Below are positions 7,948-15,981 of a stretch of 32,335 nucleotides of DNA, piece by piece. Source of the DNA: a virus (Duplodnaviria > Caudoviricetes); IMG/VR virus record IMGVR_UViG_3300025009_000300, positions 1 through 32,335 of that record; one strand, written 5' to 3'. Numbering within the stretch: the first letter of the stretch is position 1; the number at the start of each line of letters is the position of its first letter. The position numbers and the translations under genes were made by a program. Below the pieces are notes generated by a model that saw nothing but the letters and a program-made list of their open reading frames with translations, had not been told where the DNA came from and ran no database searches.

Positions 7948-8217
7948 TTAGATTTCAACTTGTATCTCTTCCCTATATTTCTCTACCCAGAGTGGGCTAG
8001 AGTCCTCAACCGTTCTTTTTAGACAAATATCTTTTACATCTGATTCACCTACTCCAACCCCAATCCATCGAAAAGAGATAACGCAGGGAACCATTAGATT
8101 GTATAAGCTTCCTATTATCTTGTTTGGAGAGTTAAAGCAAGCATTGCATTCGTACATTACATCAGTGACTGTGTGAATTCTCATAGTTTCCTCAGTAATC
8201 ACTTCTTCCAGTGGCAT
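7948..8217 (-). CDS. Small Cys-rich protein, divergent paralog family member (start may be 8184)
   Basis: ECNAC...PC...C...W pattern. Confidence 0.6.
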   Translation of the reverse strand: MPLEEVITEETMRIHTVTDVMYECNACFNSPNKIIGSLYNLMVPCVISFRWIGVGVGESDVKDICLKRTVEDSSPLWVEKYREEIQVEI

Positions 8218-8381
8218 TTGTGGTAGTAGCTATAGTATGCCTTAGCTTGCTTCTCGATGAGTGCTGAGCTCTGTTCCCAGACACCTTTTTCTTCTTGGTA
8301 ATACGGACGATCACAAGAGGGACAAATGAAAGTGATCTTACTGGAATCTCGGTGATTCATTTGAATCTGCTTAGGTTTCAT
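8199..8381 (-). CDS. Small protein with a CPSC motif
   Basis: FICPSCDRPYY; AAGGAG RBS. Confidence 0.6.
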   Translation of the reverse strand: MKPKQIQMNHRDSSKITFICPSCDRPYYQEEKGVWEQSSALIEKQAKAYYSYYHKCHWKK

Positions 8382-8393
8382 AGTGTCTCCTTG

Positions 8394-8711
8394 TTAGCTG
8401 AGCTTAATAATGATAGTAGCCAAGAGCAGCACAGTAAGCCCAATGTTTGCTCTCCAGAGCCACTTAGAATCTTTGTGGATAAGAAACAAGTGGTGTCCAA
8501 TTTCTTCACAGACCTGCTTCAGCTTCTTATCCAAGCCCTTGTTAATCACAAGCTGCCTTCGATAAGCAGAGGACATATCTGAATAGTTCCCTTGGAGTGT
8601 ATGGTATTTCTTGTTGAGCTCTTCCAGAGCTACATTAGTTGTCTCCGGAGACAGTGGTTCTGAGTTACCCTGGATATCCAACGGTTTACTGAATGTCTCT
8701 ACACGATTCAT
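8394..8711 (-). CDS. Coiled-coil protein with C-terminal membrane anchor
   Basis: Heptad-like middle section, C-terminal IGLTVLLLATIII, AGGAG RBS. Confidence 0.7.
   Translation of the reverse strand: MNRVETFSKPLDIQGNSEPLSPETTNVALEELNKKYHTLQGNYSDMSSAYRRQLVINKGLDKKLKQVCEEIGHHLFLIHKDSKWLWRANIGLTVLLLATIIIKLS
8640..8653. repeat. 14-bp palindrome TGTCTCYRGAGACA
   Basis: TGTCTCCGGAGACA in 8394-8711 (LSPET). Confidence 0.95.
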
Positions 8712-8756
8712 AGTGTACTCCTGTGTTACTTAGTAATCTTAAGTGCCTTAGTTTCC

Positions 8757-9215
8757 TTAGTTACCCTGGTTTCTCTTAGCTTTCTCTATAAGTTGCTCAA
8801 GCTGCTCTACAGTACTGAAAAGATTCTCAGTCTCACTAGCAAAGTACTCCTGAAGAGCTTCGATATGCTTGAGTACCTGCTCAAGCTGTTCCACAGGAAT
8901 CTCTTCAAATGCTCCAGCTTTGGACATATGAATGAAGTATGAAGCATGGGTAGCCGGGAGTCCATCTTCAACTAAGCAAGCGATAGCGGAGAGAAACGAA
9001 GGGTCATCCATTTTCTCAGCTATCTTCTGTACCATATGAGCCCGAGTAGTTCCACCGAAGAGACCTTTGAAGTTCACTACAATCTGATACATGTAGTGTG
9101 CAAAAGCGGCTTCGTCAAACCCTTCCACGGATTCACTGAGTTTCTTGGCGTTAGTGTTAACTGATACCTGAGAGCCAGTGTTTCCATTGGTTCCAAACAG
9201 ATTCATTATTTTCAT
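8757..9215 (-). CDS. Hypothetical protein
   Basis: 152-aa ORF with GGAGG RBS. Confidence 0.75.
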   Translation of the reverse strand: MKIMNLFGTNGNTGSQVSVNTNAKKLSESVEGFDEAAFAHYMYQIVVNFKGLFGGTTRAHMVQKIAEKMDDPSFLSAIACLVEDGLPATHASYFIHMSKAGAFEEIPVEQLEQVLKHIEALQEYFASETENLFSTVEQLEQLIEKAKRNQGN

Positions 9216-9232
9216 AGTATTCCTCCGGTTAC

Positions 9233-9535
9233 TTAGTTATGTTTCTTCAACTCAGCAAGAAACTCTTTCACTCTTGACATTATATATTTATCCCTAACAC
9301 GTTCAACCACACAGCAACTCCCGTTGTGATGCTCTTCCCATCTACGACAAATTCTCTTGAATGACTCAAGGTAATCACTGAATTTATAAGTGTTCCACTC
9401 TATACTTTGGTCTTCGTCCCACGCCCAGTACCACATATAACTCAAGTCACTTTCTTTCTTCCCGAAGAGTTCTTTTTCTGAATTAGAGACTAAGCTACTA
9501 AGAATTTCCTCAAAAACAGCATATTTCTCATTCAT
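9233..9535 (-). CDS. Hypothetical protein
   Basis: 100-aa ORF directly after the AAA gene. Confidence 0.7.
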   Translation of the reverse strand: MNEKYAVFEEILSSLVSNSEKELFGKKESDLSYMWYWAWDEDQSIEWNTYKFSDYLESFKRICRRWEEHHNGSCCVVERVRDKYIMSRVKEFLAELKKHN

Positions 9536-9537
9536 AG

Positions 9538-11145
9538 CTATTGCCCCTTTGACGCTTCATTATCCAACCCAGAAACCTTATACATCTCCATCACTGCCAT
9601 TCTCTCGTTATCATCAGCAATCTTGTTGATGAAAGCCAAGTTGACCGCAGTGAGCATAGGAAGTTTCATCTTAGATACCATATCCAATATAGCAATGAGA
9701 CCCCTTGGGGACATAGTGAGAGCCAGTTCCCCGGACTTGTAAGCGTTCCTAATAAGCCCAGCGAACTTCACCAGCTTACGGATCACTGGTTTCCTGACTC
9801 CAGTGAACTTATGCTTCAGCATCTCTACTTCATCATCTTCCTTCAGGTAGTCGAGATGAGCGTTGATACTGATCCGATCCAGCATACTCGTATCCTGAAT
9901 CTGAGTAGCTGCAAACTTCTCCATGGAATCCCCAGTTCCCTTGACGTTATCAGTGAGGAACATCTGGAACTCTGGAGCTGGCCTAATGATCTTATCCGCA
10001 GAAGTCCCAGGCATATCATCTATAGTCAGGTAACCGTTCTTCTCATACAGATGCTGCATAGCCATAGCGATATGAGGGGGAATCTTGAATACTTCATCAA
10101 TCGTAATCATGAAACCACCCATGAGCCCTTGGGGGAGGAGACCGTACTTGAACTCCATACCTCCCTCAGATGCCCAAGGGAATCCCAGGAAACTGGAGCT
10201 TTCCAAGTCGCCTCTACCACCGAGTCTCATATATGGCTGCCTAAGATGAGCTGCAAACTGCTCTACAGCAGTGGTCTTCCCTGTCCCCGGAGGGCCAGTA
10301 ATCAGCATCTTTTCCCCCAACAAAAGGGCAACCACCATACCTTCGAGTACCTCTGTATCCCAGAGGTAGTCAGGATTAATAGCTGGAATATGCTGCCTCA
10401 CTGCTTCCGGGAAGTGAGTTTCAGCATATACTGGGATGTCATAGTCAGATCCAGAGAGAGGGAGCTTTCCGCCAGTGATTGTGGAGAGCTTAATTACAGT
10501 TTTAGGGGCTGGAGCATGTGTCTTAGAAGCCCGTTTCTTGGGCGTCTTAGTTTCTGTCTCTGGAGACACTTCGGAGACCACTGGAATCTCTGGTTCCAGA
10601 GCAGCAGTCTCCTCTTTCTCTTTGGCTTCTCCAGGCACTTCAATAATGAATTTGCACTTAGCAGCTATCTGAGAAGCAATAAGATTCACATGCTCCTTAG
10701 CGATATCTTCGTCTACTTCTGCATCACTCATGTAGTCGGATACCACATCACTAAGGATATCCCGAGAAGGAGCGTGGAATTTCCCACTAGCATCTACACA
10801 CTTCTTAAGTTCCTCCATGACAGTCCACTGAGCGGAATTCAGAGTGACTGTCTCAGATACTACTGGAACCGTTGGGGTACCAGTAGCCTCTACAGCTTTG
10901 CACTTATCAAAAGGGATAAGCACCTTTTTCCCAGTTCCGTCTGTCCTACACAGATACGAGCCAGAGCTCTTTCCAACTACCTCAAAGCTGGCTCCAGTCT
11001 TGAAGCCGAAGTAATCAGTGGTCAATACTACTCTCATAAGTTTTCCTCCGTTACTTTGTGGTTCCTCTGATTCTTTGGTGAACCCGTTGTTACCAAAGGT
11101 TAAATAGCCATCCGATTCTACCCATGAATTAACAGTATCACTCAT
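9538..11145 (-). CDS. MoxR/CobS-like AAA+ ATPase with long N-terminal extension
   Basis: Walker A GPPGTGKT, Walker B ITIDE, TDNVKG, DTSMLDR, MSPRGL; HIPAINPDYLW precedes the ATPase as in CobS-like proteins. Confidence 0.92.
   Translation of the reverse strand: MSDTVNSWVESDGYLTFGNNGFTKESEEPQSNGGKLMRVVLTTDYFGFKTGASFEVVGKSSGSYLCRTDGTGKKVLIPFDKCKAVEATGTPTVPVVSETVTLNSAQWTVMEELKKCVDASGKFHAPSRDILSDVVSDYMSDAEVDEDIAKEHVNLIASQIAAKCKFIIEVPGEAKEKEETAALEPEIPVVSEVSPETETKTPKKRASKTHAPAPKTVIKLSTITGGKLPLSGSDYDIPVYAETHFPEAVRQHIPAINPDYLWDTEVLEGMVVALLLGEKMLITGPPGTGKTTAVEQFAAHLRQPYMRLGGRGDLESSSFLGFPWASEGGMEFKYGLLPQGLMGGFMITIDEVFKIPPHIAMAMQHLYEKNGYLTIDDMPGTSADKIIRPAPEFQMFLTDNVKGTGDSMEKFAATQIQDTSMLDRISINAHLDYLKEDDEVEMLKHKFTGVRKPVIRKLVKFAGLIRNAYKSGELALTMSPRGLIAILDMVSKMKLPMLTAVNLAFINKIADDNERMAVMEMYKVSGLDNEASKGQ
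10555..10568. repeat. 14-bp palindrome TGTCTCYRGAGACA
   Basis: TGTCTCTGGAGACA in the AAA linker (VSPET). Confidence 0.95.
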
Positions 11146-13094
11146 ACCAAAAACTCCTTTAGTACATTGAACAGCACCATATCCAAGTCTTCTGGATCAT
11201 TCACTGCACAGTGGTGTTTGTAGTACCTCTTCACAACGTCTGTGGTCACTCCGATTCCGACTAGATCGATGGGAGTCTTTGTTTCAATATCGCTACAGAC
11301 TTTCTTCAGGTACCGATCAGCATTACCACCATTCGCTCCACACGGAGAACCATCAGAAAGGACAATAAGCAGCTTACGGTCTTCTTTTCGAGTCAGTAGC
11401 CGCTCCGCTGCATAGAGTATTGAATCCCCATCACAGTTGTAGTGCATATTGACCTGCTGAGATGACATAATATCTGTCATCATCTCTTTGGATACCCGTT
11501 TCCCATAGGGCTTAAAGACGTAGGTCGTCAGCTTATTGTGGGCAGTGAACCCAAGTATCTCATGCTCGATTTGAAGAGCAGTGAGAGTCTCATTTAACGC
11601 TACTACACAAGCAGACCCAATAGCGTACTTGGAACCACTCATGGAACCAGAGCAGTCCAGCAAGAGTTCAACTGCTGAGTTCTTGTTGAGTCTGGAGCCG
11701 TCTTTCTTCTTGAATATCCGTGGAGTTGCCCCTGGAATCTTGTTACCAGAGTACACTCTATGAACATTCTTTGAATGGATTTTCCCTTGTGTCTGTCCAT
11801 AGCTATACGTTGAAACTGACATGGTTTGGAGATACTTAGCCACTTGTTTTGATACTGTGGAGTTACCGATAGCAGTAACAATAGCTTCCTTCTGGCCCGC
11901 ATCTACTCTCTTCTCAGAGATGTCGATTACATCATGAGTCGGATAGGGTTCATACGGTCTGTTTCCACCATACTTTTCAACCTTAGTCTCTTCCATAGGA
12001 GCTGTCATTTTAACGGCTATGGCTTTCTTGATTGTCTCTAGTTGAGCTGAGGTAATCTGCTTGTCTTTCATCTCCCACTTAGCATCAATCAGCTTCTCGT
12101 TTCCCTCGGCGTTAGTGGGCTGTCCCCCATGCTCACCTTGGTTATGGTCAAAAGCAGAGTCAGGAGTGCCACTGTGATCCTTGACACCAGAGCCATCTTT
12201 GTTCTGGTTCCCTTGGCCATCTTGGCCCTCCCCTTGGCCCTCTTTAGGCTCTCCTTCACCTTCTCCCTCCTGAGGCTCTCCCTGGCTCTCTTGATTGCCT
12301 TGGCTCTGTCCCTGGCCCTCCTGAGACTTTCCCTGGTCCTCCTGAGACTTTCCTTTGCCGCTCCCTTGTCCGCTTGGCGGTGGTGGAGTATACCCGACGA
12401 GTTTGAGCAAGTCAAGTACGATACCAGCCTGTATCTCTGACTCTTGACCTGGGCTCTGGAGAACTGAGTCCATCCTTGTCTCCAGAGACAGTTTGTCGAA
12501 CGCTTCGTAGAAGTCCTTATGGATACCACGGTACTGGGTCATATCCAGAGCTTCCATAGGATGTCCCATCCATTTCTGTCTGCACTCAGCAGTGTAAGCG
12601 AACAGTGACAAGAACAGCTCATCAATGGGATCAGTGGATGCAGTGAGCAAGGGATCAACATAGGCACCCTTGCTCTTCTTCGTAAGGTCTAACTCAGCTC
12701 TTCCAGTGTGCATCAAGAACCGTCCGATAGAAAAGAGCTGGTCTATCCTGTCGAATTTACCGAACATTGCTTTCTCGCAATGAACGTCCATTAAAAGGTT
12801 GTTAATAAGACACACTAATTGGTCTTCGAAATTCAGATGCTTGGTCAGCTCAAAGTAAGACCAGTGCATTTTCTCCATAACATGAGAAAGCTCATGAAAA
12901 CTGAGAAACCAAAAGAACTCTTCATCGTAGCCAGAGGGAGGCGGTAAGGTGATTTCACAGTGCCCCCGTTTCGTCATAGTCGCTTTTGGTTGATTACAGT
13001 ATGGCTCCCATCTTACGGAGATGTTCCCGGAAGTCGCCAGCGATACCAAGAACTTCTTCTGGGCTTCACTGGTTAGTCCAATAGGGATTGCCAT
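11142..13094 (-). CDS. CobT-like vWA protein with N-terminal HExxH domain
   Basis: FHELSH, a Q/G/E-rich linker, MIDAS LLDCSGSM, GFT, NCDG, VLSDGSP; ATGA-coupled to the AAA gene. Confidence 0.9.
   Translation of the reverse strand: MAIPIGLTSEAQKKFLVSLATSGNISVRWEPYCNQPKATMTKRGHCEITLPPPSGYDEEFFWFLSFHELSHVMEKMHWSYFELTKHLNFEDQLVCLINNLLMDVHCEKAMFGKFDRIDQLFSIGRFLMHTGRAELDLTKKSKGAYVDPLLTASTDPIDELFLSLFAYTAECRQKWMGHPMEALDMTQYRGIHKDFYEAFDKLSLETRMDSVLQSPGQESEIQAGIVLDLLKLVGYTPPPPSGQGSGKGKSQEDQGKSQEGQGQSQGNQESQGEPQEGEGEGEPKEGQGEGQDGQGNQNKDGSGVKDHSGTPDSAFDHNQGEHGGQPTNAEGNEKLIDAKWEMKDKQITSAQLETIKKAIAVKMTAPMEETKVEKYGGNRPYEPYPTHDVIDISEKRVDAGQKEAIVTAIGNSTVSKQVAKYLQTMSVSTYSYGQTQGKIHSKNVHRVYSGNKIPGATPRIFKKKDGSRLNKNSAVELLLDCSGSMSGSKYAIGSACVVALNETLTALQIEHEILGFTAHNKLTTYVFKPYGKRVSKEMMTDIMSSQQVNMHYNCDGDSILYAAERLLTRKEDRKLLIVLSDGSPCGANGGNADRYLKKVCSDIETKTPIDLVGIGVTTDVVKRYYKHHCAVNDPEDLDMVLFNVLKEFLV
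12311..12353. repeat. 21-bp tandem repeat in the vWA linker
   Basis: CCTGGCCCTCCTGAGACTTTC followed by CCTGGTCCTCCTGAGACTTTC, encoding GKSQE(D/G)Q twice. Confidence 0.75.
12477..12490. repeat. 14-bp palindrome TGTCTCYRGAGACA
   Basis: TGTCTCCAGAGACA in the vWA gene (LSLET). Confidence 0.95.
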
Positions 13095-13110
13095 AGTTAC
13101 CTCCGCTTAT

Positions 13111-13308
13111 CTAATTTTTCAATACCTTGTCAGCAATGCGTTTTAGACATCTATTACATAACGTCATTCCTACTGATTGGTAATGAGTCCACCCATCAGT
13201 ATTGTCACAATAATCACACTTTCTTTTTTTCAAATCCTGGCATATAGAAGTTGCAGGATGATTAAGAAGCCATGCGATGTTTTTGAATACTCTTATAATA
13301 GTTTTCAT
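13111..13308 (-). CDS. Small zinc-finger protein
   Basis: CDYC...CNRC; GGAGG RBS; AT-rich. Confidence 0.7.
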   Translation of the reverse strand: MKTIIRVFKNIAWLLNHPATSICQDLKKRKCDYCDNTDGWTHYQSVGMTLCNRCLKRIADKVLKN

Positions 13309-13320
13309 GTTTTCCTCCGC

Positions 13321-13560
13321 TTATGTAGGGGTTAACGTGTAGAATCCATCGAATACGCTCTTGACACCAGGGAACAATGATAAGTCCTCAGCGACTAGAT
13401 CGCGGATTTGTTCACAGAACAAAGGTGGAACAAACCCAAATCTGTCTCTGGAGACAAATATCCAGTACCCAAGGCGCTTGGACACTACACAACGCTCTGT
13501 CACCTCAGTCAGTATAGTGGCTGACAAGCCACAGTATCTTGTCACAAGATGTTCATACAT
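13321..13560 (-). CDS. Hypothetical protein
   Basis: 79-aa ORF with GGAGG RBS. Confidence 0.65.
   Translation of the reverse strand: MYEHLVTRYCGLSATILTEVTERCVVSKRLGYWIFVSRDRFGFVPPLFCEQIRDLVAEDLSLFPGVKSVFDGFYTLTPT
13443..13456. repeat. 14-bp palindrome TGTCTCYRGAGACA
   Basis: TGTCTCTGGAGACA in 13321-13560 (VSRD). Confidence 0.95.
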
Positions 13561-13574
13561 AGTACCTCCGAATA

Positions 13575-14025
13575 CTTAGGAATCTTGGGTCACTTTGACC
13601 ACTACAGTAGGGCTAGATTAGAAACCCAGTAAACTGAGCTTGTACCTAGCCCCACTAAAGTTTTCAAAGTAAACTAAATGCCTCTATTACAAGGCACTGG
13701 TATCTCTAGTACCTAAAAGACCGGGAAAGATACTTTGTCTTGAGCTTCATGGGTACTGAGGGTAACTATAAAAGCTTACACAGGTTTCTCCGTCCGCTAC
13801 TTGCGTTTCTCTTGTTGCAGCTTTGTCTCTAGAGACACCTTAGTTCACTCTGGAACCTGCATAGTGCCAGTTCACTACGCCGTAACCATATCACTCAAGC
13901 TATGGAAACGAACCCTTTACTTTCTTGCCTAGTGCCTATGGTTCTCAAAGCCCACTCCAGCAAAGGGGTACTCTGTAAAACCCAAAAGTACTACTAAGTT
14001 TTAAATAGATTCCAAAGTACCCCAA
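13575..14025 (-). ncRNA. Candidate structured non-coding RNA or long structured leader
   Basis: About 450 nt with no ORF of 60 aa or more. Stems at 13965-14023, 13605-13657, 13741-13748/13947-13954 and 13781-13786/13854-13859; their mismatches read mostly as G-U pairs on the minus strand. Confidence 0.5.
13824..13837. repeat. 14-bp palindrome TGTCTCYRGAGACA
   Basis: TGTCTCTAGAGACA in the structured non-coding region. Confidence 0.95.
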
Positions 14026-14064
14026 CTACGGTGGCTTGTGTATTGGCATGGTATTCTCCGAGTT

Positions 14065-14514
14065 TTAGAATTCCATCTCGTTGAATTCCTTAAGTTTAGC
14101 GGGAAGATCAGTTACCGGAATAATTTCGAGAACCACTTCATCTATCAATCGTTTTGCATAACGTTCTACCTCAGCAGTACGTTCTTCATACCCTTCATTT
14201 AAAGCAGTAATCTTTTTGCTCACTTTGATAGTATCTTCGGTCTCAATCCAAAGCCGAATACTGTAATGCCCTGCTTTGTCGGTTTTGTTTGAGTAATAAG
14301 TTTCAATCTCGTAAGAGCTACGACGACCTCTATCAGCCAGTTCAAACTTACCGCTTTTTAATACCTTTTTAGCTTCTTCAAAGCTGAGCTCCTTTACGGA
14401 ATCCTTTAGCTCTTGCACCTTAGCGTTTCTAATGGTGCTCAGCCTGCCATTGATACACATAGTAATCTGGTCTACTCGTTCTTTTACATAACCAATCTGC
14501 TGCTTGTTAAGCAT
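14065..14514 (-). CDS. Hypothetical helical protein
   Basis: 149-aa ORF with GGAGG RBS. Confidence 0.75.
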   Translation of the reverse strand: MLNKQQIGYVKERVDQITMCINGRLSTIRNAKVQELKDSVKELSFEEAKKVLKSGKFELADRGRRSSYEIETYYSNKTDKAGHYSIRLWIETEDTIKVSKKITALNEGYEERTAEVERYAKRLIDEVVLEIIPVTDLPAKLKEFNEMEF

Positions 14515-14938
14515 GGTTTTTCCTCCGTCTCTTAGTTACTGGTTTCGGTTTCCACTCAGGAATCAATGGTTTCTTCTTGGATTTCAGTGGTTTCTTCAGC
14601 TTTTCATGTAATCCCTTACCGCCAGCCCTCGGAGTCCTTGGCACCCTTGTCTTCGGTCCAGTGCTCCCTGGAACTCTGAGTCCGACTTGAACGCCCTCAG
14701 TGCCTTGGTTTTCGGTTCCGTGGTTCGCTTTCTCATGCTCGCTGCATTCATGTCCTCCTGTGATCCCTTTGCCATAGTCGCCTCCAGCTACTTGGATTTT
14801 AGCTGTTCTCTGCTTTCTCGCTGAACAGCCAGTCTTTGAATCCCACTCAACTAGATATTGAATGGAAGTTCTATGTATCTCACTGAGATTCCGTTTCTTT
14901 AATCGCTTCATAGATGCTTCAGCTCCTTTCCAGTTCAC
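14507..14938 (-). CDS. Hypothetical very basic protein (start possibly 14911)
   Basis: ORF fills the operon gap and has a K/R/P-rich C-terminus; a competing nested frame exists at 14596-14775. Confidence 0.5.
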   Translation of the reverse strand: MNWKGAEASMKRLKKRNLSEIHRTSIQYLVEWDSKTGCSARKQRTAKIQVAGGDYGKGITGGHECSEHEKANHGTENQGTEGVQVGLRVPGSTGPKTRVPRTPRAGGKGLHEKLKKPLKSKKKPLIPEWKPKPVTKRRRKNHA

Positions 14939-15101
14939 TCACAATACGCTGGAACAGGATTTCAGCTTGGCTTCTTGAGAGGATATTGTATCGCTCTTTG
15001 GTTAGCTGTCCATACTCCCAGCCAAGTACTTTGTAGGTGTTGAATTTTGTCTCTAGAGACAGTTCGACTCGGATACTATTGTGTTTATGAACTCGCTTCA
15101 T
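14919..15101 (-). CDS. Hypothetical protein
   Basis: 60-aa ORF with GAGG RBS. Confidence 0.6.
   Translation of the reverse strand: MKRVHKHNSIRVELSLETKFNTYKVLGWEYGQLTKERYNILSRSQAEILFQRIVSELERS
15048..15061. repeat. 14-bp palindrome TGTCTCYRGAGACA
   Basis: TGTCTCTAGAGACA in 14919-15101 (LSLET). Confidence 0.95.
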
Positions 15102-15309
15102 CTGGTCTGTCCTCTAGTAAAATATCATCAATTAAATTCCAGAGTTTTTCAGTGTCACCATAAGTTATTCCATAATTGTGTGTGAAATCGTCTAATCCTT
15201 TATTAAAGACGTCTTTACTCACACATCCTGTAGCAACAAAAAGAGTTTTCAATTCTTTGTCAGTTAGTAGCCACAAAGCCTCCCCTGATTCACTACTTAC
15301 CTTTTCCAT
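15085..15309 (-). CDS. Hypothetical acidic protein
   Basis: Start reassigned to ATG 15309 after GGAGG. Confidence 0.6.
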   Translation of the reverse strand: MEKVSSESGEALWLLTDKELKTLFVATGCVSKDVFNKGLDDFTHNYGITYGDTEKLWNLIDDILLEDRPDEASS

Positions 15310-15448
15310 AGCTGCCTCCGTAAACCAGAGAACCAAGACCAGCGAATGGCATATGGAAACCAGGGCGCTTGAATACCTTTTTGCGCTGGTATCTCTTGAT
15401 CCCCCGAATTGTCTCCAGAGACACTTTACCTATCACCTTAGCTTTCAT
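15293..15448 (-). CDS. Small basic protein (51 aa)
   Basis: Manual translation MKAKVIGKVSLETIRGIKRYQRKKVFKRPGFHMPFAGLGSLVYGGSYGKGK after AGGAGG. Confidence 0.65.
   Translation of the reverse strand: MKAKVIGKVSLETIRGIKRYQRKKVFKRPGFHMPFAGLGSLVYGGSYGKGK
15410..15423. repeat. 14-bp palindrome TGTCTCYRGAGACA
   Basis: TGTCTCCAGAGACA in 15293-15448 (VSLET). Confidence 0.95.
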
Positions 15449-15476
15449 AGCTATCCTCCTGATATATAGGTTGTTC

Positions 15477-15537
15477 TTAGCTACACTAGAGAGTGCCTAA
15501 GCTCTGCACCAATCTTAGGCACTCTAAGTGTATCTAA
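15477..15537 (-). promoter_or_regulatory. Long intergenic hairpin (RNase III-like processing site candidate)
   Basis: Perfect 12-bp AGAGTGCCTAAG (15490-15501) / CTTAGGCACTCT (15514-15525), extended by TACACT/AGTGTA and TTAG/CTAA. Confidence 0.55.
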
Positions 15538-15542
15538 ATATC

Positions 15543-15791
15543 TCATTTATTAGCATACTTATTAAGTATATCACCATGACATGCCAAGGGAGCACACCAG
15601 CATCCAAGAATTTTTCCCCTGAGTTCATGTATATCATTCATTAATTTCTTATTAGAAAGCAAGTATTCCTCATACTTTCTGATTACCTCTTCACGGTTTC
15701 CATCTTTTCCGATATTAAAAGGATTTCCCCATTTACTAGGTCTTCCAATGTACACATCATATTTCTCTTTTTTGCAATGAACTACTCTCAT
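15543..15791 (-). CDS. DUF4326 family protein
   Basis: VVHCKK..YDVYIGRPSKWGNPF...LRGK.LGCWCAP..CHGD signature. Confidence 0.9.
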   Translation of the reverse strand: MRVVHCKKEKYDVYIGRPSKWGNPFNIGKDGNREEVIRKYEEYLLSNKKLMNDIHELRGKILGCWCAPLACHGDILNKYANK

Positions 15792-15804
15792 AATGCCTCC
15801 TGTA

Positions 15805-15924
15805 TTAATGTATCACCCAGAGCACTAGAACCACAAGTAACGGTACAGTAAGCATAAGACAGACTTCTACAAATGTTTCAAGAAGTTCCATAGATGTTAT
15901 ATGGGGTATTTTATAGTGTTTCAT
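15805..15924 (-). CDS. Small membrane peptide (39 aa)
   Basis: Manual translation MKHYKIPHITSMELLETFVEVCLMLTVPLLVVLVLWVIH after AGGAG. Confidence 0.55.
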   Translation of the reverse strand: MKHYKIPHITSMELLETFVEVCLMLTVPLLVVLVLWVIH

Positions 15925-15981
15925 TAGCTCTCTCCTGTTTATGGTTTTTTAATTCATAGAGCCTAAGTAATCCAATGTATC

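Noticed and set aside
9811-11070. 419-aa plus-strand ORF
   Set aside because: It lies fully antisense to the AAA+ gene, has no recognisable motif or RBS, and its S/L/H/R-rich composition is typical of a shadow frame.
9538-13094. Cobalamin biosynthesis (cobS/cobT) as auxiliary metabolic genes
   Set aside because: There is no cobN or other cob gene in the window, so the general MoxR-vWA assignment is safer and no gene symbols were given.
13824-13837. Palindrome as canonical parS, or as a restriction-site or cloning artefact
   Set aside because: parS is the 16-bp TGTTTCACGTGAAACA, which differs in arms and spacing. The GTCTC (BsmAI) and TCTAGA (XbaI) matches are sub-strings; the centres vary and the host ORFs stay in frame, so an assembly or adapter artefact is unlikely.
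13945-14049. TAG recoding or read-through extending the MPIHKPP ORF
   Set aside because: TAG ends several clear genes here (AAA ATPase, portal, tail nozzle), and read-through gives only about 34 codons.
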